From positions 64,001 through 128,000 of the forward strand of contig CAVQGX010000037.1 in assembly GCA_963712115.1 (NCBI GenBank): a DNA stretch of 64,000 bases, read 5' to 3'. A program made the position numbers and the translations under genes. Positions 10,209 through 20,382 of the stretch are shown here, one piece after another. Each line of letters starts with the position of its first letter. The stretch's first letter is position 1. Under the pieces are notes generated by a model. That model had not been told where the DNA came from and made no database searches. It saw nothing but the letters and a program-made list of their open reading frames with translations. The DNA comes from an uncultured delta proteobacterium (lineage in GTDB: Bacteria > Desulfobacterota > Syntrophobacteria > BM002).

Positions 10209-11447
10209 TTACACCACACCCTTTTCCCTTAACTGCTTAATCTGTTCGGGACTGAATCCTAACTGGTCCTGCAAAATTTCGTCGGTGTGCTCACCGAGCA
10301 GTGGTGGGTGGAGCATGGTCTTGCAGGGGGTCTTGGAAAGCTTCATCGGCGAAGCAACTAACTTGACGGTACCAGCGGTCGGGTGCGGTACTTCTTCGAT
10401 CATGGCTCGCGCTTTGACCTGGGGGTCGGAAAAGACTCTGTCCAGGGTGTTGATGGGACCACAGGGAATTCCTGCCTCTTCAAGCAGATGCAGCCACTCC
10501 TCTGCTTTTTTGCTGAGCATCCTCGCCGCCACAATTGGGACCAGTTCTGTGCGATTTTCAACCCTCGCCGCATTTGTGGCAAACTTTGGATCCTGGGCCA
10601 GTCCTTCTAGACCTGCCAACTTACAGAAGGCTCGCCACTGCTGATCGTTACCAACAGCCAGTGCAACGTAGGATGTCTTTGTTTTGAAGGGCTCGTATGG
10701 CACAATATTTGGATGAGCATTACCATGCCGCACGGGATTCTTCCCTGATACCAGGTAGTTGCTTCCGACATTGGCAAGCCAGGCCATCACAGAGTCGAGA
10801 AGAGAAATGTCAATGTATTGCCCTTCCCCGGACTTTTCTCGGTGGCGCAGAGCAGCCAGAATAGCACTAGAGGCAAACAGCCCGGCGGTGATGTCCACTA
10901 TCGCCACTCCAACCTTCATCGGTGGGCCGTCTGGCTCACCGGTAAAGCTCATCACCCCGCCCATTCCCTGGATCATGAAATCATAGCCCGGTTTGTCTTT
11001 GTACGGTCCATTTTGACCAAATCCCGTAATGGAACAGTAAATCAGACCAGGGTTCTCTTGGCTGAGTTCTCTGTATCCCAGCCCTGTATTATCCAGGGTG
11101 CCGACCTTAAAATTTTCTATCAAGATATCACTCTGCTTTGACAGAGATTTTATGATCTTCACACCCTCAGGGGTTTTCATGTTTGCGGTTAAACTCTTCT
11201 TGTTGCGGTTTACGCACAAATAATACGCGCTCTCCCCTGCAACAAAAGGCGGTCCCCAGTGCCTTGTGTCGTCACCTCCATGGGGGCGTTCCACTTTGAT
11301 GACTTCGGCACCAAGGTCTCCGAGCATCATGGTACAATATGGGCCGGCTAGGACACGGGAAAGATCGAGCACCTTGATACCCTCTAGAGGTAGCTTAGCG
11401 GTTCCTGCTTTCATCAAAACTCCATTTGGTTGGGTTAAAGCCGACAT
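10209..11447 (-). CDS. Family III CoA-transferase (CaiB/BaiF), probably glutarate-activating; start may be 11414
   Basis: DLSRVLAGPYCTMMLGDLGAEVIKVE, NRNKKS, PGYD motifs; adjacent to gcdH. Confidence 0.9.
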   Translation of the reverse strand: MSALTQPNGVLMKAGTAKLPLEGIKVLDLSRVLAGPYCTMMLGDLGAEVIKVERPHGGDDTRHWGPPFVAGESAYYLCVNRNKKSLTANMKTPEGVKIIKSLSKQSDILIENFKVGTLDNTGLGYRELSQENPGLIYCSITGFGQNGPYKDKPGYDFMIQGMGGVMSFTGEPDGPPMKVGVAIVDITAGLFASSAILAALRHREKSGEGQYIDISLLDSVMAWLANVGSNYLVSGKNPVRHGNAHPNIVPYEPFKTKTSYVALAVGNDQQWRAFCKLAGLEGLAQDPKFATNAARVENRTELVPIVAARMLSKKAEEWLHLLEEAGIPCGPINTLDRVFSDPQVKARAMIEEVPHPTAGTVKLVASPMKLSKTPCKTMLHPPLLGEHTDEILQDQLGFSPEQIKQLREKGVV

Positions 11448-11699
11448 CCTTTTTACGAGGGTCGGAAATAGGTGCCTGAGATTTTGCTGTGAGAACTGAA
11501 AAAAGAATCAGGGTTCAGTGACATAATAATGTTTGCAACTATACCAAGAAACAAGATTGAAGTATACTTTGCAGAAACTTCCAAGGGTATCATTGGGTGT
11601 GATCGGGACGGATCTCGGTTTCAATATTTTTCGTTTTCAATATTGTGTGTTATCGAATAAGTAGCTGTCTTCTTTTAAGAAACGACAGGAGGGTGATCC

Positions 11700-12047
11700 A
11701 TGAAGGTTGTCCGTATGAGCAGCGCAGAGAGTTACGAGCCTGAAAAGGACTGGAAACGTGTGAGTCTCTGCAATGAAAAAGACATTTCCATTGAGCACTT
11801 CATCAAGCCGCCACATCATGCTTCGCCGATGCACGATCATCCGAACGCGCAGGTTCTGGTCGTTCTCAAAGGCAAACTGGCAATCGTTACTGATGGGAGC
11901 GGAGAGCAGGTGCTTGGAGAGGGCGATGCTGCCTATATCCCGGAGAATGAAGCGCATGTGGTGAAGAACCTGCTCGATGTCCCCTCGATCGGCCTCGACA
12001 TATTTGTTCCTGGACGGTCCTTTGATTTCTGGTTGAAGCGAAAGTAG
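11700..12047 (+). CDS. Cupin-domain protein
   Basis: PMHDHPNAQ...GD..YIP.NEAH cupin motifs; AGGAGG RBS. Confidence 0.85.
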   Translation: MKVVRMSSAESYEPEKDWKRVSLCNEKDISIEHFIKPPHHASPMHDHPNAQVLVVLKGKLAIVTDGSGEQVLGEGDAAYIPENEAHVVKNLLDVPSIGLDIFVPGRSFDFWLKRK

Positions 12048-12126
12048 TCATAGCGTCCATCCGGCCGCCCGGGGTAAGCAAACTGAGTCAGCAGCAGAAA
12101 GCGGGCAATCTAGAAGGTGGGATAGC

Positions 12127-12190
12127 AGCCAACCCTTCGCTGCAGCCGTCCCTTAGACAAGCTTAGGGCGCCCGAGCTCGGCCGTTATAT
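12127..12190 (+). mobile_element. Integron attC-like site
   Basis: AGCCAAC-CCTTCGCTGCAGCCG...CGCCCGAGCTCGGCC-GTTATAT; ~64 bp imperfect palindrome with an internal CCCT..AGGG stem. Confidence 0.7.
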
Positions 12191-12209
12191 TTCAGGAGGA
12201 TATCAAAAG

Positions 12210-12818
12210 ATGGAAATAAGTCCCGAAAGCAGATCAAACCAGGATATATATAAGATTCTTATTGGCACAGTATTACCTCGGCCAATTGCCTGGGTCTCAA
12301 CCGTTGATACCTCGGGTAACATAAACCTTGCTCCCTTCTCCTTCTTCACGGTTGCAAGTGTTAACCCGCCGATTCTATGCTTCTCTCCACTTCTGCAAGA
12401 AAATTCAATAGAGAAAGACACTCTGGTAAACATCAAACAGACTTCTGAATTTGTGGTGAACATTGTGAGCTACGGTCTGGCCGAGGCAATGAATCGTACA
12501 AGTGGTCCATATCCGTCCGAGGTCAATGAGTTTGATGTAGCTGGAGTTGCCGCGAAGCAATCGACAATTGTTAAGCCTCCCTGTGTTGCAGACTCACTGG
12601 TTAATTTTGAGTGCAAACTTCACCAGATCATTTCTTTCGGCTCAGAGCCAAGGGCCGGGAATCTGGTCTTGGGCCGAGTTTGTAACATTCATATTCATCC
12701 AGACATTGTTAGAAATGGTGAAGTAGACTGTAAGTCCTTGGACGCCATTGGAAGGTTGGGGGGCAATATGTACACTACCATCAGGGATTGCTTCGAGATG
12801 GAAAGACCTGCAATATAA
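12210..12818 (+). CDS. Flavin reductase-like (FMN-binding) protein, probable gene cassette
   Basis: PRPIAWVST..NLAPFSFF..KDTLVNI..GRLGGNMY; the stop codon lies within ATATAAC (12813-12819). Confidence 0.88.
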   Translation: MEISPESRSNQDIYKILIGTVLPRPIAWVSTVDTSGNINLAPFSFFTVASVNPPILCFSPLLQENSIEKDTLVNIKQTSEFVVNIVSYGLAEAMNRTSGPYPSEVNEFDVAGVAAKQSTIVKPPCVADSLVNFECKLHQIISFGSEPRAGNLVLGRVCNIHIHPDIVRNGEVDCKSLDAIGRLGGNMYTTIRDCFEMERPAI

Positions 12819-13295
12819 CCACCCGCTGCGGTCGAACACGGCAAACAACATCCTACTCCCCCCTAATGTTGAGTGCGTCGATCTCCCCACGACTACACCT
12901 GCTTGACACACCAGGACCTTTCATCCTATCATCCTAATATTTATTGCCCTTATCTGGAGCGAGTACTCATCAGTTATCAATCTCCCTCTCATCTTCAGTT
13001 GGACATGTTGAACTTACTATTTGATTAATTGCCACAATGTGGTACTAGATTATTCATAAAAAGAGCGGTTGCAGGCAATTAATCTCTTTTTCTTCTGTTG
13101 CCTCCGAAAGCGGCTATGTATTTTATCCTTTTAAATTAATATGTTGGATGTTTTCAGCAAGGAGAGTATGTCTGATTCCACAATGCTTCGATGAATTAGA
13201 CACATTCAAAGACAGCAGCTTGGCGTCAGGAAGTTGTGCGGCATTTTGAAGTTTCTCATTGACCCAGAACATTTGTACTCAAGGAGGGCAGAATT

Positions 13296-14540
13296 ATGTC
13301 GAGAAAATTAAGAGTTCTAATCGGACTATTAGTAGCTGTCGCTGCCGCTGGTTTCGTTTTTGCGAGTCCGGCCGTCGCCAAGGTTGAGGGCGACACCATT
13401 GTTTTTGGCGCAGCGGTTTCTTTCACCGGGAAATACTCAACCAACGGCAAGCACACCAAGAACGGTTATGATCTTGCCGTAAAGCGGATTAACGAGATGG
13501 GCGGCGTCAAGGTGGGCAATAAGACTTATAAAATCAAGGTCCAATACTACGACGACGAATCAACACCGGCCCGCGCCGGACAGTTGGCCGACCGGCTGAT
13601 CAAGCAGGATGGGATCAAATTCATCCTGGGGCCATACGGTTCCGGTCCGACCAAAGGCATGGCACCGATAACCGAAAAGTACAAGATTCCCATGGTCGAG
13701 GGGAACGGTGCTTCCCGCGCCCTTTTTAACAAAGGCTACCGGTACCTGTTCGCCGTACTTACAACTTCAGAACAGTACTTGGCAGAATCCATCAACTTGC
13801 TCGCAGAAGAGTTCAAGAAGGATGGCAGAGATCCAAGCACTGCTACAGTGGCCATTGCGGTCGAAAACGACCCATTCTCCATGGACATCCGCGCCGGGGT
13901 TTTGGATGATGCCAAGAGGTGGGGCATGAAAGTCGTCATCGACGACAAATTGCCCAAAGAGCTGACCGACATGACCGCCACCCTGACCAAGGTCAAGGCC
14001 TTGAGGCCCGATGCCCTCATCGTATCAGGGCACTCCAAGGGTGCAGCCCTGGCTGTCCGTCAGACGGCCCAGATGAAGGTGGATGTGCCCATGCTGGCCA
14101 CCACCCATTGCGATGCAGCGGACGTGATTGGTAAGTTCGGAGGAGATGCCAATTACACCCTGTGCGCCACCCAGTGGGACCCAACCATGACATACAAGGA
14201 TGACTGGTTCGGCTTTGCCGGAGACTATGCCGACAGATTCGAGAAAGAATACGGCTACGCACCGCCTTACCAGGCCGCTGAGTCGACCGCATCCGTGCTC
14301 GTTTATGTGGATGCCCTGCAACGAGCCGGCACATTCGACACCGAGAAGGTACGCGACGCCATAGCTGCGACGAACCTTCAGACCTTCTACGGCTGGGTCA
14401 AGTTCGATGAAACCGGTAAAAACATCGCCAAACCCATCGTGATGTGGCAGGTTCAGAAGGGCAAATACATACCCGTGGCTCCCAGCAAATTTGCCGCAGG
14501 CCAGGTGATCTTTCCGAAACCTCTGTGGAGAGACCGCTAA
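13296..14540 (+). CDS. Branched-chain-amino-acid-type ABC transporter substrate-binding protein
   Basis: Signal peptide; YYDDESTP, LGPYGSG periplasmic-binding-protein motifs. Confidence 0.92.
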   Translation: MSRKLRVLIGLLVAVAAAGFVFASPAVAKVEGDTIVFGAAVSFTGKYSTNGKHTKNGYDLAVKRINEMGGVKVGNKTYKIKVQYYDDESTPARAGQLADRLIKQDGIKFILGPYGSGPTKGMAPITEKYKIPMVEGNGASRALFNKGYRYLFAVLTTSEQYLAESINLLAEEFKKDGRDPSTATVAIAVENDPFSMDIRAGVLDDAKRWGMKVVIDDKLPKELTDMTATLTKVKALRPDALIVSGHSKGAALAVRQTAQMKVDVPMLATTHCDAADVIGKFGGDANYTLCATQWDPTMTYKDDWFGFAGDYADRFEKEYGYAPPYQAAESTASVLVYVDALQRAGTFDTEKVRDAIAATNLQTFYGWVKFDETGKNIAKPIVMWQVQKGKYIPVAPSKFAAGQVIFPKPLWRDR

Positions 14541-14556
14541 ACCCATAAAGCAACCC

Positions 14557-14594
14557 GCCCGCCCTAGCGATAATCCTAGGGCGGGCCTTCTTAT
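14557..14594 (+). terminator. Intercistronic hairpin after the binding-protein gene
   Basis: GCCCGCCCTAG...CTAGGGCGGGC followed by a T-rich tract. Confidence 0.6.
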
Positions 14595-14599
14595 TCGCT

Positions 14600-15499
14600 A
14601 TGGATAATCTTCAAATTTTATTCTCTGCACCGATATTTGCTTTGCAGCTGCTCATTGATGGTCTTCTCATCGGCGCCATCTTTGCGCTGGCAGCCTATGG
14701 CATGGCGCTGGTGTGGGGTGTTATGAAGATCATAAACTTCGCCCAAGGGGAGTTTGTCATCTTGGGGGGATATATGGCCTTCGCCTTCAGCAAAGCAGGA
14801 GTCCACCCCTTCTTCACCGTGCCGCTGTCAACGGTGTCTCTGTACATTGCCGGCTGGTTGTTGTACCGCCTTGTCATCTTCAGAATCGTGGAAGAGGACC
14901 TCTTCATCTCGATTCTAGCCACCTTTGGCATCAGCATACTCATGCAGCAGCTCATGAACCAGGTGTTCACTGCCGACGTTCAGACCGTCGACTCCGGCCT
15001 CGGCACCTGGTTTCTCTTTGACGGCAACGTGACAGTGTTGCAAATCAAGGTCGTCAGCTTTGCCAGCGCCCTGGTACTGGGGGTCTGCCTTGGGCTGTTC
15101 ATGAAAAAGACCCGGCTCGGGCAAACCATCCGTGCTACCGCCCAGAACGCCCGTGCGGCCCGCATTCTGGGTATCGATACAGACAAGGTATATTGCACGA
15201 CCTTTGCATTGAACGCGGCTATCTGCGGCGCCTGCGGGGCCTTGGTCCTTATGACCTGGGTGATTCAACCGTTCATGGGGCTTGCCTATACGATCCGTTC
15301 ATTCATGATTGTCATCATTGCCGGCATCGGCAATGTGGCCGGGGTCGTGCTAGCAGGTCTGGGGCTCGGTGCTGCCGAAAACTTTGCCGGTTTTGTTCTG
15401 GGCACCGAGTTTCAGGCCGCCTTTATCTTTTCATTGCTGGTCGTCATCCTGGTCTGGCGTAACTTTACCCTCAGACTTAAACGAAGGTATCTCCATTGA
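14600..15499 (+). CDS. livH: ABC permease, LivH-like
   Basis: INFAQGEF, TRLGQTIRATAQN..AARILGI motifs; multiple TM segments. Confidence 0.88.
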   Translation: MDNLQILFSAPIFALQLLIDGLLIGAIFALAAYGMALVWGVMKIINFAQGEFVILGGYMAFAFSKAGVHPFFTVPLSTVSLYIAGWLLYRLVIFRIVEEDLFISILATFGISILMQQLMNQVFTADVQTVDSGLGTWFLFDGNVTVLQIKVVSFASALVLGVCLGLFMKKTRLGQTIRATAQNARAARILGIDTDKVYCTTFALNAAICGACGALVLMTWVIQPFMGLAYTIRSFMIVIIAGIGNVAGVVLAGLGLGAAENFAGFVLGTEFQAAFIFSLLVVILVWRNFTLRLKRRYLH

Positions 15500-16557
15500 A
15501 CACCGTTGAACGAAATCTCGCTCTTTACGGCTCCATCCTCATTGTTTCCCTGGCCGCCCCCTGGGTGTTCCCCGCCTACCGCACCCAGTTGGCGTTCTTG
15601 TGGATAATGGTGCTGTTTGCCCTTACCTGGGACCTGGTAGGCGGGCAGATGGGATATACATCCTTTGGGAATATCGTGTTTTTCGGCATCGGTATGTACG
15701 TGACCGCGGTGATCCAACGGAATCTACATTTTGACATCGAAGAGTACGTTCATGTGGCGGGCGCAGTTGATATGTTGCAGCCCGGTGAATATTTGAGCGG
15801 ACTTTTTCTGGGCATGGGTGCAAGCGCCATTGTTGCCGTGATCGTTGCGGTGGTCCTCGGCCTCTGTATCCTGGCCATGGGGATGCGCGGTCAATATTTC
15901 GGCATTTGTACCCTTGGTCTCGGGGTCGCCGCCGGCGAACTTGCCAGCGGCTGGGAATACATCGGTGCCGGATCGGGGATGGTAACGCCGGTGTTTCCCG
16001 AAAGATTGGGTGAGCGCGGAATCTTCTTCTATTACATTTTTTTCATCCTGGCCGGGATGGTATTCCTGACCTTGAAATGGCTCTATGCGGGTCGCTTCGG
16101 CCTTGCTATCAACGCCATCCGAGACGATGAGGACAAGGCCGAAGCCATGGGCATCCGCACCACCCGGTATAAAATGACAGCCTGGTGCATTTCCGGTTTC
16201 TTCCTTGCAATTGCAGGAGGCGCTGCCGGCCATCTGGTGGGATTCATCGATCCTACGGAAGTGGCTTTTGCCGGCGCAACTTTCGGCGTTTGGATGATCT
16301 TGATGGCAATCCTCGGCGGCAAGGGAACCCTTTGGGGACCGGTGATCGGGGCGGTGATTTTTCATATTACCCAGGAACTGTTCTGGACATACCTTTTTGG
16401 CTGGCAGCGCGTGGCAATGGGCGCCCTTATCGTCGGTATCGTAGTCTTTTTTCCCCAAGGAATCATCGGCTGGATCCGCGACCGCTGGCCGGAACGCTTT
16501 GGCCATCGAGTAGAGGAAAGTACCGTTTCCAGTTCTTCCGGGGGAGGTGGGGCATGA
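15496..16557 (+). CDS. livM: ABC permease, LivM-like
   Basis: GYTSFG..FFGIG, RFGLAINAIRDDEDKAEAMGI, GGKGTLWGP. Confidence 0.88.
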   Translation: MNTVERNLALYGSILIVSLAAPWVFPAYRTQLAFLWIMVLFALTWDLVGGQMGYTSFGNIVFFGIGMYVTAVIQRNLHFDIEEYVHVAGAVDMLQPGEYLSGLFLGMGASAIVAVIVAVVLGLCILAMGMRGQYFGICTLGLGVAAGELASGWEYIGAGSGMVTPVFPERLGERGIFFYYIFFILAGMVFLTLKWLYAGRFGLAINAIRDDEDKAEAMGIRTTRYKMTAWCISGFFLAIAGGAAGHLVGFIDPTEVAFAGATFGVWMILMAILGGKGTLWGPVIGAVIFHITQELFWTYLFGWQRVAMGALIVGIVVFFPQGIIGWIRDRWPERFGHRVEESTVSSSSGGGGA

Positions 16558-17300
16558 CCGGACAGCAGCTGATGGTGGAAGGTGTCACCAAAAGGTTCGG
16601 TGGTGTCGTTGCCAATGACAACATCAGTCTCTCTGTGCCTGAGGGTAGCATCGTCGGCCTCATCGGCCCCAATGGATCCGGCAAAACCACACTGTTCAAC
16701 TCTATTGTTGGCTACCACCCCATCGACCAGGGCTCCATCCGCTTTGAAGGCCGCGAAATCTCAGGCCTGAGGGTGACTGAGATCGCGCGGTTGGGGATGC
16801 TGAGAACCTTCCAGCAAACGCGAGTTTACGCCAAGATGACCTGCGTGCAAAACATGCAGATCAGCGTGCCCCGGCAAAACGAGGGTTTTGGCGCCATGTT
16901 CTCTAAGTCTCATCCGAAGATCATGAAGAAGGCCGAGAGCTTGCTGGCCTTTGTCGGTCTTTATGCCAAACGGTACCTCCTGGCAGGAGATCTTTCCTTC
17001 GGCCAGCAGAAACTTCTCGAGTTCGCCATGGCACTTATGAACGAGCCCAAGCTGCTTCTTCTGGACGAGCCCACGGCGGGAATCAATCCGACCCTGATCA
17101 ACGGCCTGATCGACCGCTTGAAACGCTCAAATGCAGACCTCGGTATCACGCTTTTTATTATCGAGCATAACATGCCCGTTATCATGGACCTTGCCGAACA
17201 TATCTACTGTTTGGCCCATGGAGAACTCCTGGCCGAAGGCCCGGCCGATGAGATCCGAGACGATCAGCGGGTGATCGACGCTTATCTCGGGGCGAACTGA
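16554..17300 (+). CDS. livG: ABC ATPase, LivG-like
   Basis: GPNGSGKTT, LLLDEPTAG, V.DAYLG; ATG at 16554 overlaps the livM stop. Confidence 0.9.
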   Translation: MTGQQLMVEGVTKRFGGVVANDNISLSVPEGSIVGLIGPNGSGKTTLFNSIVGYHPIDQGSIRFEGREISGLRVTEIARLGMLRTFQQTRVYAKMTCVQNMQISVPRQNEGFGAMFSKSHPKIMKKAESLLAFVGLYAKRYLLAGDLSFGQQKLLEFAMALMNEPKLLLLDEPTAGINPTLINGLIDRLKRSNADLGITLFIIEHNMPVIMDLAEHIYCLAHGELLAEGPADEIRDDQRVIDAYLGAN

Positions 17301-18178
17301 TGGATGAAAAGAAAGAACAGAGAGCCGGAAAAGGCGACATCGGCGACCTCAGCCTCGACGATTTTGACACGGTGCTTTCGGTTGACGAAGTGGCGCATCA
17401 AGCCGAGAAGCTGGCTGCCGAGGCACCAAGCCGGCAGCGTTTGAGCGAACTGGTGGGGAAGGAACCGCTGCTTACCATTGAAGGCCTAAGGGCCGGCTAC
17501 GGCAAGATGCAGATACTGCATGAGTTTGATCTGCAGGTAGGGGTGGAGCAGTCTCTTTGTATCATCGGGCCCAATGGCGCCGGAAAGTCTACGGTGCTGC
17601 ACTCCATCTACGGATTCACCAACATTATGGGTGGGAACATCAAAATGGGAGGTAGCGACATTACCGGTATGAGTCCCAACCAAAAGCTCAAAAGAGCCGG
17701 TATCGCCTACATTCTCCAGGACAACTCGGTGTTTCCGGACATGACGGTAGAGGAAAACATGTTGATGGGCGGTTTCCTCAAAGACAAGCCGAGCCAGGCA
17801 TGGGAGGCTGCTGAAAACGTGCTTCAGAAGTATACCCGCCTGAGTGAAAGACGAAAGCAAAAGGCCGGTGTTCTCTCCGGCGGTGAGCGGCGCCTCCTCG
17901 AGATCTCCCGGGCGCTGATTATGGAACCGGAGGTTCTGTTAGTAGATGAGCCCTCCATCGGACTCGAGCCTCGTTTCATCCAGATGGTCTTCGAGATTCT
18001 GGATGATCTGCAGAATACGGAAGGCAAGACCATTGTCATGGTCGAGCAGAACGCGAAGAAAGGCCTTGAGTTCGCCGACATCGGCTACGTGCTGGTCTCG
18101 GGCCATCTGGCCATGGCCGGAACCGGCGATGAACTCCTTGAGAACCCGGAAGTTGGCCGGTTGTTTCTGGGCGCCTAA
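17300..18178 (+). CDS. livF: ABC ATPase, LivF-like, with acidic N-terminal extension
   Basis: GPNGAGKST, LSGGERR, DEPSIGL, VEQN. Confidence 0.9.
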   Translation: MDEKKEQRAGKGDIGDLSLDDFDTVLSVDEVAHQAEKLAAEAPSRQRLSELVGKEPLLTIEGLRAGYGKMQILHEFDLQVGVEQSLCIIGPNGAGKSTVLHSIYGFTNIMGGNIKMGGSDITGMSPNQKLKRAGIAYILQDNSVFPDMTVEENMLMGGFLKDKPSQAWEAAENVLQKYTRLSERRKQKAGVLSGGERRLLEISRALIMEPEVLLVDEPSIGLEPRFIQMVFEILDDLQNTEGKTIVMVEQNAKKGLEFADIGYVLVSGHLAMAGTGDELLENPEVGRLFLGA

Positions 18179-18214
18179 CCTGGATAACTCACCACACTCG
18201 TCTATTTGCAAGGA

Positions 18215-19273
18215 CTAGACTGCTTCCGCAATCGCCGCGCCAAGTTCCATCGTTGTTGCTGTGCCGCCCATATCGGGGGTTCGCAGCGAAGTGTTCTCCA
18301 GTACCGTCTCGATGGCCCGTTCCACGGCAGCTGCAGCCTCTGGATGGCCCAGGTGGTCGAGCATCAGAGCGCCCGACCAGATCTGGCCAATGGGATTGGC
18401 GATGCCTTTGCCTGCAATGTCAGGCGCCGAGCCGTGTACCGGTTCGAACATTGATGGATACTCACGAGTCGGATTGATATTGGCAGAGGGTGCTATACCG
18501 ATGGTTCCGGCAATTGCAGGGCCAAGATCCGAAAGGATATCGCCGAAAAGGTTGCTCCCTACCACCACATCGAACCAGTCGGGATGCAAGACAAAATGAG
18601 CGGTGAGAATATCGATGTGGTACTGATCGGTCCGAACGTCCGGATACTCGCTAGCAATGGCGGCAAAGCGTTCGTCCCAATAAGGCATAGTGTGAATGAT
18701 CCCATTGGACTTGGTCGCTGAGGTGACATGCTTGGCTTTACGTGTCCGGGCGAGTTCAAATGCATAACGCAGGACACGGTCCACACCTTTTCTGGTGAAT
18801 ACCGTCTCCTGAACGACCATCTCTTGATCAGTTCCTGAATAGAGGCGTCCGCCAATCTCCGAATATTCACCCTCATTGTTCTCTCGCACAACAAGAAAAT
18901 CAATGTCTGTTGGCCCTCGACCTTGCAAGGGTGAAACCATACCCCTCAACATGCGTATAGGTCGCAGATTGACGTATTGTTGCATCTGCCGGCGGATTGG
19001 TATGAGAAGCCCCCACAGGGAGATGTGATCCGGTACGGTGGGAAATCCCACAGCGCCAAGGAAAATCGCATCATATTCGCGAAGTTGATCGATCCCGTCC
19101 TCTGGCATCATGCGGCCGGTTCGGGTGAAGGTTTCGCAGTTCCAGGTGAATGTGTCCCATTTGAATTGGATGTCGAAACGGTGGCCGACCGACTCCAGTA
19201 CACGAATGCCTTCAGGAACCACCTCTTTACCGATGCCATCGCCGGGGAGCACCGCAATCCTATAACCGGCCAT
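18215..19273 (-). CDS. Tartrate dehydrogenase / D-malate dehydrogenase (decarboxylating)
   Basis: PGDGIGKEV, DHISLWGLLIPIRR, SATKSNGI, SMFEPVHGSAPDIAGK. Confidence 0.92.
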   Translation of the reverse strand: MAGYRIAVLPGDGIGKEVVPEGIRVLESVGHRFDIQFKWDTFTWNCETFTRTGRMMPEDGIDQLREYDAIFLGAVGFPTVPDHISLWGLLIPIRRQMQQYVNLRPIRMLRGMVSPLQGRGPTDIDFLVVRENNEGEYSEIGGRLYSGTDQEMVVQETVFTRKGVDRVLRYAFELARTRKAKHVTSATKSNGIIHTMPYWDERFAAIASEYPDVRTDQYHIDILTAHFVLHPDWFDVVVGSNLFGDILSDLGPAIAGTIGIAPSANINPTREYPSMFEPVHGSAPDIAGKGIANPIGQIWSGALMLDHLGHPEAAAAVERAIETVLENTSLRTPDMGGTATTMELGAAIAEAV

Positions 19274-19276
19274 GCT

Positions 19277-20029
19277 CTACCTCCTCCTTTTCGTATAAGA
19301 GGATCTGGTCTTGACCCCGCCGAATGCTGCGAAACATGAGGACTTGTGCAATACTTCTATTTTTTCGAATCCTACCTTCTTCATTAATGCAAGCTGGTAG
19401 GTCAAACTTCTGGGAGAATCTTCCTTGTCAATGTAGTCAAAAACTCTTGTTCTATAGTCTTTTCCTCCTGAAGACTCAAGATATTCTCCATATCTTTCCC
19501 ACATTAATTCTTGTATGGCTGGGAGGTCGTGAAAGACCATATCGCTTATCCAAAAACTTCCGTTAAGATTTATGGCATTATAAATTTTCTTGAACACAAA
19601 TTTCCAGTCAGCCTCATCCCTTAAATGATGGAGCACAGCAGCTGCCAACACTATATCATATCGATCCGTTCCCAGTTCAATTTCTCTGACATCGCCTTGG
19701 AGCAGACGAATGTTCCCCGGTTTTTCTTTTGAGATTCTTTCTCTCGCTTTTTCAAGCATTGGCAGACTCAGATCAATCAAATCACAGTCAAGTCCATTTA
19801 AAATCCTTACTGTTTTAATTGTATTGTTTCCGGCACCGCAGCCAATATCAAGTAATCGCTTTGCATGAGGTGTAGTTTTAGCTGCTGCATGGGCTAACAG
19901 GTCCATCATTAACGGAGCATCAATGATCGCCTGTTGCCCGGTTTCCAAATTTGAAAATCGCTCTACGTCGTTATTAAATCGCTCTTTGATTTCTTTTATT
20001 GTGGATTTTTTTTCGAGAGGAGTTTTCAC
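19277..20029 (-). CDS. Class I SAM-dependent methyltransferase (CmoA-like fold)
   Basis: LLDIGCGAG motif I, AVLHHL. Confidence 0.85.
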   Translation of the reverse strand: MKTPLEKKSTIKEIKERFNNDVERFSNLETGQQAIIDAPLMMDLLAHAAAKTTPHAKRLLDIGCGAGNNTIKTVRILNGLDCDLIDLSLPMLEKARERISKEKPGNIRLLQGDVREIELGTDRYDIVLAAAVLHHLRDEADWKFVFKKIYNAINLNGSFWISDMVFHDLPAIQELMWERYGEYLESSGGKDYRTRVFDYIDKEDSPRSLTYQLALMKKVGFEKIEVLHKSSCFAAFGGVKTRSSYTKRRR

Positions 20030-20382
20030 TTCAAATTACTCCTAAGCTGATCGAGTTTGTGAAATATTTAAAGGCGATCTGTTCAACCTCTTACAAGGAT
20101 GGCTATCAGACCACTCAGGGAATCTGGTTGTCTAAGGCACCACTGGTTAAGATCGTTTTGTGCTTGTTTTAGACGGTCTAACCCCTAATATATCTTGCCA
20201 AAAGACAAGCTTGGCCTCATTCACACAGGCACTTATAGCAAAAAATAAAACCTTAGGCAAAACGCTGGCAAATTCAGCATGTCCAGAACATATCATCCAA
20301 TCAGGAAGTAGAGGTTGTCCCACGATTCTGTCTGCTGTATGATTCCCCGATAAAAATTACATATTGATATGGGTGGTTTCGC

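Noticed and set aside
16185-16553. Long N-terminal extensions on ORFs livG (16185), wzt (57469), rfbG (51338) and cspA (8282)
   Set aside because: They overlap upstream genes or a MITE; better starts with an RBS or translational coupling lie downstream.
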